From positions 102,278 through 166,277 of the forward strand of contig JBMNPB010000001.1 in assembly GCA_050943375.1 (NCBI GenBank): DNA of 64,000 bases. The letters are read 5' to 3'. Position numbers and translations under genes: made by a program. The notes under the pieces are model-generated. The model searched no databases and had not been told where the DNA came from. It worked only from the letters and a program-made list of their open reading frames with translations. Shown in pieces: positions 27,786-36,197 of this stretch (its first letter is position 1; each line of letters begins with the position of its first letter). The stretch is from a bacterium. Its GTDB lineage: Bacteria > Bacillota > SLNR01 > JBMNPB01.

Positions 27786-30461
27786 TTGATAAACGTCACC
27801 ATCGACGGCATTCCGGTACAGGTGGAAGAAGGCGCAACCATTCTCGATGCCGCCGAAAAGGCCGGAATTCATATTCCCACCCTCTGTCATTTAAAGGGGG
27901 TCACCGGCGAAGGCTCCTGCCGGATGTGTTTGGTCGAGGTCGAAGGTGTGCGCGGTATGCCAGCCGCCTGCTCCTTCCCGGTGGCTGAGGGCAATGTGGT
28001 TCACACCGACACCCCCAAAGTCATCGAAAGCCGCAAGTTCGTCCTGAACCTGCTGCTCTCGAACCACAGAACGGATTGCTTCTCCTGTGCCAAAAACGGC
28101 GATTGCAAGCTGCAGGAGTACTGCTATGAATATGGAATCGAGATGTCGAAATACGAAGGCGAAAAAACCGAAGCTCCCATTGACGACAGCAACGAGTTCT
28201 TCACTTACGATCCTTCCCAATGCATCATGTGCCGTCGTTGCGTAAACACTTGCCACAAGCTGCACGGCGTCGGCGCCATCTCCGTTGTCGACCGGGGTTT
28301 TTCGGCGGCAATCCGCGCCCCCTTCGACGAACTGCTGAAAAGCAGCGACTGCGTCTCCTGCGGCAATTGCGTCTCCAACTGCCCGGTCGGCGCCCTGGCT
28401 CCCAAATCGAAGCATCGTTTCCGTACTTGGGAAGTCAAACACGTTCCGACCACCTGCAGTTACTGCGGCGTCGGCTGCCAATTGGATCTGCTGGTCAAGG
28501 GTAATAAAGTGGTCGGCGTACAACCGCTTGACGGTCCCGCCAACCACGGACTGCTTTGCGTCAAAGGCAAATTCGGGTATGAGTTTATCGACCATCCCGA
28601 CCGCCTGAAGAAGCCGCTGATTCGCAAGGACGGCGAATTGGTGGAAACGAGCTGGGATGAGGCGCTTGACTATGTGGCCGACAAACTGAAGGCGATCAAG
28701 GCCGAAAGTGGCCCCGACGCCATCGCCGGCTTGACCAGCGCCCGCTGCACCAACGAAGAGAACTATGCTTTTATGAAGATGATGCGCGCAGCCGTCGGCA
28801 CTAACAATGTCGATCACTGCGCCCGCCTCTGACACTCCCCAACGGTGGCCGGTCTGGCCGCCACACTGGGGTCCGGTGCTATGACTAACTCTATCGCGGA
28901 AGTAGCTGACGCTGATCTGGTCTTTGTGACCGGTTCCAATACCACTGAAACGCATCCGGTTATCGGTTCGCTGATCCGGCAGGCCAAACGTAAGGGCGGC
29001 AAGCTCATTGTGGCTGAACCGAGGAAGATTCCGCTCTGCCGCGAGGCTGATTTGTTCCTGCAGATCAAACCGGGTACCAACGTCGCGCTGCTCAACGGGA
29101 TGATGAACGTCATCATTGCCGAAGGACTGCAGGACCAGGCATACATTGATGCCCGCACCGAAGGCTACGAGGAGCTGAAAGCGGTTGTCGCCGACTACAC
29201 TCCCGATAAAGTGGCCGAAATCTGCGGTATCGAAGCGGAAGACCTGAAGACCGCGGCCCGGATGTATGCCGAGGCCGGTGTAGCCGGTATCTTTTATGCC
29301 ATGGGTGTGACCCAGCATACAACCGGTACGGAAGGGGTCATGAGTACTGCCAACCTGGCGCTGCTGTGCGGCAATATCGGCAAATACGCCGGCGGTGTTA
29401 ACCCGCTGCGCGGACAGAACAACGTCCAGGGCGCCTGCGATATGGGCGGGCTGCCCGGTGATTTCTCCGGCTATCAGAAAGTAGCGAACCCGGCCGTTAT
29501 CGAGAAATTCGAGAAGGCCTGGGGTGTGAAGCTGTCCAATAAGCCCGGCTACACCGTCATGGAAATGATGGACGCTATCGACAAAGGCGAGGTTCGCGCT
29601 ATGTATATCATGGGTGAGAATCCCATGATTTCCGACCCCGATATCCAGCACGTCGAACACGCGCTTAAAAAATGCGAGCTCCTCGTGGTTCAGGATATCT
29701 TCCTGACCGAAACGGCTGCTCTCGCCGACGTTGTTCTCCCGGCCGCTGCTTTCGCTGAGAAGGATGGTACCTTTACTAACACCGAGCGGCGCGTGCAGCT
29801 GGTCAACAAGGCGGTGGAAGCACCCGGCGAGGCGAGAACCGACTTGGATATCATTAACGATATGACAGCGCGCCTCGGATACAAAAACAACTTCGCGACT
29901 CCGGCCGAAGTGCTGGCGGAAATCGCCGCGGTGACGCCTTCCTACGGAGGGATGTCGGTGGAGCGGCTCAAGGACGGAGGGCTGCAGTGGCCCTGCCCCG
30001 ACAAGGACCATCCCGGCACTCCTATCCTGCATGCTAAGAAGTTCTCCCGCGGCGAGCGCGCGATCTTCAAGCCGGCGAAGTACCGTTCCGGAGCGGAACA
30101 GCCCGATGCTGAATATCCTTATATCTTCACGACGGGCCGGATCCTTTATCAGTATCACACCCGCACTATGTCGGGCAAGGTCGACGGTCTTAACGCCATC
30201 GCGGGCAACTCCTATGTGGAGATTAACCCGACCGATGCCGCGAAATACGGCATTAAGCAGGGCGACGCCGTCACGGTCAGCTCCCGGCGGGGCAGCGTGA
30301 CCGTCCCGGCTCAGGTCACGGAGGCGGTCGCCGAAGGGATTATCTTCATGCCCTTCCATTTCGCCGACGGTCCGGCCAATCTGCTGACTAACGCTGTATA
30401 TGATCCTATCGCCAAGATCCCGGAATACAAGGTCTGCGCAGTCAAGATCCGAAAAGGATAA
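27786..30461 (+). CDS. fdhA: selenocysteine-containing formate dehydrogenase alpha subunit (NuoG-like N-terminus plus molybdopterin domain); in-frame UGA at 28830-28832
   Basis: The ORF-track ORFs 27762-28832 and 28845-30461 are in the same frame. The junction reads …VDHCARL-U-HSPTVAGLAA…, the canonical Sec context of Fdh-type enzymes. A SECIS-like hairpin follows. TTG 27786 after RBS gaggaggg. Confidence 0.85.
28837..28871 (+). promoter_or_regulatory. bacterial SECIS-like hairpin 5 nt downstream of the in-frame UGA
   Basis: Lower stem cccc/gggg, internal loop, upper stem gtggc(c)gg/ccgccac with a bulged C and apical loop UCUGG. Confidence 0.55.
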
Positions 30462-30522
30462 AACGATGCTTCCGGTTTGCGCCGGCTCATACCGGCGCAA
30501 ACCGGCCCCGGGAGGGAGTCCA

Positions 30523-31137
30523 ATGAAAATGTTCGGAACAGCGGCCATTCTGGCCGGCGGCAAATCATCGCGAATGGGTTTTGACAAGCAGTTGCTCACG
30601 CTTGACGGGAAACGGTTTCATGTTCAAATCATCGAACAGCTACGGCAATTGTTTGGCGATGTTCTGCTGGTGACGAACAAGCCGGAGTTTTACCGGGAAT
30701 TGCCAGTACGGGTCTGCTCCGACGTTTTTCCCGGAAGGGGTCCGCTCGGCGGCATTCACGCGGCGCTGTTCAATGCCCAAAGCCGTTATGTCTATGTGCT
30801 GGCCTGTGATATGCCGTGTGTTTGCCCCGGTTATATCCATTACCAGATGAAACTGCTTCGGCGCAACCCCTCCGGCGCCTGTGTCACCCGGAAGGAGGAC
30901 TGGCTGGAGCCTTTCAATGCCTTTTACAGTACCGACACTCTCCCGATTTTGTCCCGCCATCTGCAGGAAGGGAAAAGCTCGCTTTATTTCTTTCTGAAGG
31001 AAATCAACGCTGCTATTCTGGCGGAAGAGACAGCCCGCCGCTTTGATCCGGAGATGAATATGTTCCTCAATCTGAACACTCCGGCGGAGTATGAGGCCTT
31101 TATCAAAAGGAGAGGGCGATATGAAGCTTGCGGTTGA
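30523..31137 (+). CDS. mobA: molybdenum cofactor guanylyltransferase
   Basis: N-terminal nucleotide-binding motif AILAGGKSSRMG. ~205 aa. ATG 30523 with RBS gggaggga. Confidence 0.8.
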   Translation: MKMFGTAAILAGGKSSRMGFDKQLLTLDGKRFHVQIIEQLRQLFGDVLLVTNKPEFYRELPVRVCSDVFPGRGPLGGIHAALFNAQSRYVYVLACDMPCVCPGYIHYQMKLLRRNPSGACVTRKEDWLEPFNAFYSTDTLPILSRHLQEGKSSLYFFLKEINAAILAEETARRFDPEMNMFLNLNTPAEYEAFIKRRGRYEACG

Positions 31138-31900
31138 TGCGCCGATTTTGCGCTATGAAGATGGGCAAACCAGGTTGCTCGACGATCCCGTCGTTGTCGA
31201 ATACCGACTGGCTGTCTGGCTGAACGGAGCGCCTTGGGTCAATCTCCTGTGCTCACCGCAGGATCTGGATGTACTGGTGCTGGGTTATCTGTACGGCGAA
31301 GGCATTATCAAGACGCCGGACGATATCCTGTCGATTGCCCTCGCGCCGGAAGACGGCATCGCCCGGGTAACGGTCCGGGGTGTGCCGGAGATGCCGGCCC
31401 AGGCCGGTCCGATCACGGCCCCCCGCGGCGCCGGGCGGCAGCACGCAATGGGCGGCGCCGGCCCGGGCCGCCCGGCTGAGCCTCTTTCGGGCAGTCTAAA
31501 CTTTGCCGGTGGTGCGCTGCTTAGGAATCTGCGGCAGTTCTACGCCGACTCGGGCTTGCACCGATTGACGGCAGGGGTGCACCGTGCCGCTCTCTGTGAC
31601 GACAACGGCATCCTTCTGACCGCCATTGATATCAGCCGGCATAATGCTTTCGACAAGGTGCTCGGCATGGCCTTGCGGCAAAACATCCCGCTGGAATGCC
31701 ACTATCTGATCACCAGCGGCCGTGTTCCCAGCGACATGGTCAACAAAGCGATTACCGCCCGTTTGCCTATGCTGGTATCCCGGGCGGCGCCTACAGATTG
31801 GGCAATCAGACTCGCCCGGGAAGCGAACATGACGCTGCTGGGATTCTCCCGTGAGAATCGCTTCAACATTTATACCGGAGCACACCGGGTTAATATGTAG
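31121..31900 (+). CDS. fdhD: FdhD-family formate dehydrogenase accessory sulfurtransferase homolog (cysteine loop not evident)
   Basis: FdhD-like N- and C-terminal blocks (…LTAGVHRAAL…DISRHNAFDKVLG…VSRAAPTDWAIRLAREANMTLLGFSR…). ATG 31121 with RBS aggaga. Overlaps the mobA end. Confidence 0.8.
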   Translation: MKLAVDAPILRYEDGQTRLLDDPVVVEYRLAVWLNGAPWVNLLCSPQDLDVLVLGYLYGEGIIKTPDDILSIALAPEDGIARVTVRGVPEMPAQAGPITAPRGAGRQHAMGGAGPGRPAEPLSGSLNFAGGALLRNLRQFYADSGLHRLTAGVHRAALCDDNGILLTAIDISRHNAFDKVLGMALRQNIPLECHYLITSGRVPSDMVNKAITARLPMLVSRAAPTDWAIRLAREANMTLLGFSRENRFNIYTGAHRVNM

Positions 31901-32517
31901 CATCTCATTGTAATATCTTATACGGGGAGAATAGAGTATCTTTTCAGCAAAATTGCCCCAAAAAATGACCGGAATTGGAAAGAAAAGCCTCAACTCCAGT
32001 AAAGAGTTGTTCGCTATGTCCGGCGGCAGCCTGATTGTCATCGCGGTGCCGGAAATGAATACTTACTGGCTGATGTGATGCACATCCGGAAATTATCTGT
32101 CTTGGGAACTCCGCCGGGGTGCTTCTAAGTGCCCGGCTGGCAGTGACTTCCGGACATCTGAAACTTCGCGGCAATACTCCGGCGCTGACCACCGGCAAGA
32201 CCGCTGCGGCTGAATGCTCAACCGTATCCGGATAACTGTTTTCATCAGTATCTTAACTAACTTACTCGTTTTCCGTATGGATAAGCTTTGCAGCTAAGGA
32301 CATCGCCGGCAAGATGGCCAATTACTATCTGCCGCTGTTCGTACTCTGCGGTTTCGAGTACAGCAGTCAGCAGATATTCCAAACCGGCGGCAGCGGAACC
32401 CGGTCATATTCTCGGCAAATGAGCGGAAGGACTGGACAAAGGCATCCGAAGCAAAGCGAGAATAGCGGGAAAACCAAAATCATCTTCTTGACAAAAAGGA
32501 AGTGAGGGGAGGACATT

Positions 32518-33501
32518 ATGTTTATTCCCGTAATTGGATTTTTAACGTTGTTTGCGATGACATGTACATTGGTTGGTTTAGGCCTGACGGAAACATTTAA
32601 TCAACCCGGTTTCGGCAGTACTGCCGTTATTGTTGCGGTGCTGGCGGCGCTGCTGTATGGAGCCAGGCTGGAATGGGCCCTGAGTCTGACCAAAGAGAAA
32701 ACCCAGAATGCCAAGATCGGCGGAAACGATTTGGCGAATTTTGTCGCCGTGGTTATTGGAGCGATTATCGCCTATTTTATCAATGTTACTTTGGGACTGG
32801 GCGGGGTGGTGGCCGTCGGATTGGTGGGTGTAACCACCAACCTGGTTGCCCCGAAACACGATGTCCCGGTCTACTGTGGCGGTATTATGGGCATGGCCAG
32901 CGGGGCATTGCTGCCGACCTATGCGTATGTACTGCTGGCGGCAATAATTGCCGGGATTGTGTTTGTGATTAGTAAATTCACCTTTAACGGTTTTGGGGGC
33001 AAGCTGGGCACTACCGCTATTACCGGCTGTGTGCTTACGGCCTTGATTACCGGCCAGCCGTTCGGCAGCTCTCCCGTCCCGGCCGGGGATGTGATTCTGC
33101 TCTATGTTATCTATTGTGCTATGGGAGCGGTTCTGAGCTTTGGTGTGAAGGAGTATTTTAAGCACAACGCAGTAATGAGTTCAGCGCTGATCGCGCTTCT
33201 TGCCGGGCTGTTGCTGCCGGCTCTCAATCCGCAAATGGGCGGAGCGCTCGCAGTTGTGGCATCCGTCGGCGCTTTTGCCGGCATGAGCGCGCCGGCCCGG
33301 ATTCCCAACCTGGCGTATATGTTCGTGGCCGGAATAATCGGCGGTGTGATTTACTCTTACACTTCCCCATATTTGGGCGGCGCCGGCGGAAAATTGGGAA
33401 CTACCGCTTTTAGTTCGGTTGTAGCCCTGAATGCAATGATTAGCCTGGCCAAGAATTTCAGCGGAAAGAGCCAGGTGCAGCAGGCAAAGACGCCGCACTG
33501 A
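32518..33501 (+). CDS. polytopic membrane protein with internal tandem duplication (unknown family; possible YedE/YeeE-like transporter)
   Basis: 327 aa, ~10 TM. Two homologous halves, each ending in G(F/A)GGKLGTTA(I/F). RBS gaggggagg. Confidence 0.7.
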   Translation: MFIPVIGFLTLFAMTCTLVGLGLTETFNQPGFGSTAVIVAVLAALLYGARLEWALSLTKEKTQNAKIGGNDLANFVAVVIGAIIAYFINVTLGLGGVVAVGLVGVTTNLVAPKHDVPVYCGGIMGMASGALLPTYAYVLLAAIIAGIVFVISKFTFNGFGGKLGTTAITGCVLTALITGQPFGSSPVPAGDVILLYVIYCAMGAVLSFGVKEYFKHNAVMSSALIALLAGLLLPALNPQMGGALAVVASVGAFAGMSAPARIPNLAYMFVAGIIGGVIYSYTSPYLGGAGGKLGTTAFSSVVALNAMISLAKNFSGKSQVQQAKTPH

Positions 33502-33651
33502 GCCGGAACGGCGATAAACAACCGCGCCGGATGCCGCAAGAATGGCTTGCATTATCGGGCGCAAGGCTGGGAAAGTACTTGTGACTCTGGGGAAGAAAGG
33601 CGGCCGGCAAGCGGTTAACAGAATAAACCCGGGCGTAATTGACGCTGGGCA

Positions 33652-33696
33652 GCCAAGCGGGCAGGTGAAATCACCTGCCCGCTTGGCGTTTAGTAT
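33652..33696 (+). terminator. very stable hairpin terminator upstream of the AT-rich rnf promoter region
   Basis: 17-bp perfect stem gccaagcgggcaggtga/tcacctgcccgcttggc with a 2-nt loop, followed by guuuagu. Confidence 0.6.
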
Positions 33697-33908
33697 GAAA
33701 AATCCAACAATTAGGCATTGCGAAATATATTGGTAGTAACAATAGATATATCAAAGAATATAAATAGCTATCATAATCTAAGCTTTTAATAATTAAAATA
33801 GGTAAGAACAGTATATACCTATTTCCCTATTGTCACCAAAGGCGAAATGTAGTAAGATAAAAGACGAAATTTTATTTTGTGGTTGAGAATATGAGGTGAA
33901 ACTGCCAG

Positions 33909-35135
33909 ATGAGCAAACGGGTTTTCTTGGAAGGAGCCGACCTGCGGCAATTGCGGGGGACGACCGCCGAAAAAACGATTGTCGCTGTCCCCGCTCCGGC
34001 GAGCGTCGTGCTGTTTGTCGGCGATCTGGAAATGCTTGTCAAAGCCGGAGACACGGTGCTGGCCGGTCAGATGCTGGCGCACAGTAAAGCGCTTTTATCT
34101 GTCCCGGTCCACGCCAGTATCGCCGGCAAGATCAAGCAGGTGGAAGACTTGCCCAATCCGAACGGCGGTCTGGCCCGGGCGGTAGTGATTGAGAATGACG
34201 GCTCGGGAGCGGTGCACGAGACGGTGCAGAAGCCGGGCAATTGGGAGTCCATGCCGGCCGATGCTTTGCGGGACGCAATTTTCAACGCCGGTATTTATCT
34301 TCCTCCCTTCGGCGGCGACCGGCCAGGCCAGGTATTGGTAAACTGCGCGGTAAGTGAGCCTTCGATTACCGCCGATTATCGCCTGATGCTGGAGCGGGCG
34401 GCCGATATTGTCAGCGGCCTTGCGGCCGCAATTAAGGCGGTCGGCGCCAAACAAGGGATAATTGTCGTGGACAAGAGAGAACTCGAAGCGGTGCAGGCGA
34501 TGCGGAAAGCTTTGCCGGCGGACGGCACCATCGGTCTTGTCGCCCCGGACAATCGTTATCCGCCGCTGGCGGAAAAGCTGCTGTTCAGGGATGTGACCGG
34601 GGGTAAGATGCCCAGCGTCATCATGACTGCGGGCGAAGCAGTGGCGATCAGTGAATTTCTGCAGACTGGCAAACCGTATATCGAAAAGACGGTGACCGTT
34701 ACCGGATCCGGCGTGCGGGAACCTGGCAATTATCAGATGCCGTTGGGGATGCGCTGCCGCGACGCGCTTGCGGCCGCGGCGAAGATCGAAGGAGAAATCG
34801 GCCAGATTATTCTGGGCGGTCCTCTGGCGGGAACACTGGCGGCTTCGGCGGATGTACCGCTCACGAAAAAAATGGACGGTATTCTGGTCTTGGCCGCCGC
34901 CGATGTGCGGCGGGATAAGCCGGGGAAATGCGTCCGCTGCGGGGCTTGTATTCAGGTCTGTCCCATCGGGCTGATGCCGCTGTATCTGGGGGATGTGGCC
35001 GAGGCCGGCCGGGCCGGTGAAGCTGCCGCTTACCACGTTGACGAATGTGTTGAGTGCGGCGCCTGTGCTTACGAATGTCCGGCGAAGCGGCCGCTGCTGC
35101 AGTATATCAGGCTGGCCAAAGGCGAGGGGAAATAA
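33909..35135 (+). CDS. rnfC: Rnf complex subunit C (divergent nucleotide-binding loop)
   Basis: RnfC_N, SLBB-like region (…LVNCAVSEPSITADYRLMLE…) and two C-terminal [4Fe-4S] motifs (CVRCGACIQVCP, CVECGACAYECP). First gene of rnfCDGEAB. Confidence 0.8.
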   Translation: MSKRVFLEGADLRQLRGTTAEKTIVAVPAPASVVLFVGDLEMLVKAGDTVLAGQMLAHSKALLSVPVHASIAGKIKQVEDLPNPNGGLARAVVIENDGSGAVHETVQKPGNWESMPADALRDAIFNAGIYLPPFGGDRPGQVLVNCAVSEPSITADYRLMLERAADIVSGLAAAIKAVGAKQGIIVVDKRELEAVQAMRKALPADGTIGLVAPDNRYPPLAEKLLFRDVTGGKMPSVIMTAGEAVAISEFLQTGKPYIEKTVTVTGSGVREPGNYQMPLGMRCRDALAAAAKIEGEIGQIILGGPLAGTLAASADVPLTKKMDGILVLAAADVRRDKPGKCVRCGACIQVCPIGLMPLYLGDVAEAGRAGEAAAYHVDECVECGACAYECPAKRPLLQYIRLAKGEGK

Positions 35136-35170
35136 CGGTGTGAGCCGTCGGACAAAAGGGAGGAAAAGAA

Positions 35171-36190
35171 ATGCGGGAATATCATTTCATTGGTTCCGCC
35201 CCGCCGTATCTGAAATGTAATGATACAGTCCGGGGCATAATGCGCCACGCGCTCATCGCCTTTGCGCCGGCGGCGCTGGCGGCGGTATATTTCTTCGGCT
35301 TTGCCGCCATTACGGTTATGATGACGAGTGTTTTGACGGCAGTGGCGACCGAGGCGATTATCCAGAAACTACGGGGGATGCCAATTACGATTAACGACGG
35401 CAGTGCTGTGATAACCGGATTGCTCTTGTCTTTCACATTGCCGCCCGGTTTCCCACTGCTGCTGACGGCGCTGGGTGCGGTGTTTGCTATTGCGATTGTG
35501 AAGCATACTTTCGGGGGTCTCGGTCACAATGTCTTCAATCCGGCCCTGGCGGCCTGGGTTTTTCTGGCGGTTTCCTGGCCGGAAGAAGCGGCTGCTTTCA
35601 TCTGGCCGGAAAAACTGGCCTGGGCGGCCAAGGCGGCCGGCGGCTTTGACGCCGCGACTACCGCGACTCCGCGGGCTTTGGAGAAAGCTGGCGCTATTGC
35701 AGCCAATTTTAACTTGTTTAGCGGCAGCGGACTTATTTCTAATCTTTCCATGTACGCCGATCTGTTTGTGGGCCGTGTCGCCGGTTCTCTCGGCGAGACA
35801 TCCGCTCTGGCTATTCTGATCGGGGGAGCGTATCTTCTCCTGACCTGCCGTAAATATGTGGGCTGGAGGGTTACGGCGAGTTTTATCGGCACGGTAGCCG
35901 TCCTCGCTTGGCTGCTGGGCGGCCCGGGGGAACTCGCGACCGGCGACCCGATTTATGCGGTTCTTTCCGGCGGCGTGCTGCTGGGCGCCTTCTTCTATGC
36001 GACGGATATTGTCACTTCGCCGGTGACGCACCGGGGACAATTGATTGCAGGTATCGGCTGCGGCATCCTGACGTTTGTGATCCGGGCTTACGGGAAATGG
36101 CCGGAAGGCGTCGTTTTCGCCATTCTGATCATGAATGCCCTGACCCCGCTGATTGATCGTCTGGTGCTGCCAAAACCTTTAGGGAGGTGA
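35171..36190 (+). CDS. rnfD: Rnf complex subunit D (NqrB-like membrane flavoprotein)
   Basis: Conserved N-terminus …SAPPYLKCNDTVRGIM…, polytopic, FMN-attachment region …TTATPRAL…. RBS aaagggagg. Confidence 0.9.
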   Translation: MREYHFIGSAPPYLKCNDTVRGIMRHALIAFAPAALAAVYFFGFAAITVMMTSVLTAVATEAIIQKLRGMPITINDGSAVITGLLLSFTLPPGFPLLLTALGAVFAIAIVKHTFGGLGHNVFNPALAAWVFLAVSWPEEAAAFIWPEKLAWAAKAAGGFDAATTATPRALEKAGAIAANFNLFSGSGLISNLSMYADLFVGRVAGSLGETSALAILIGGAYLLLTCRKYVGWRVTASFIGTVAVLAWLLGGPGELATGDPIYAVLSGGVLLGAFFYATDIVTSPVTHRGQLIAGIGCGILTFVIRAYGKWPEGVVFAILIMNALTPLIDRLVLPKPLGR

Positions 36191-36197
36191 GGGTGCA

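Noticed and set aside
27762-28832. Treating 27762-28832 and 28845-30461 as two separate genes (NuoG-like FeS protein plus molybdopterin oxidoreductase)
   Set aside because: Same reading frame. The 'stop' is a UGA in a canonical CARL-U-HSP selenocysteine context with a downstream SECIS-like hairpin. Called as one selenoprotein gene instead.
27891-30599. 902-aa ORF on the minus strand
   Set aside because: Antisense to the Sec-containing fdhA. Arg/Gly/Ala-rich low-complexity product. A GC-driven artifact.
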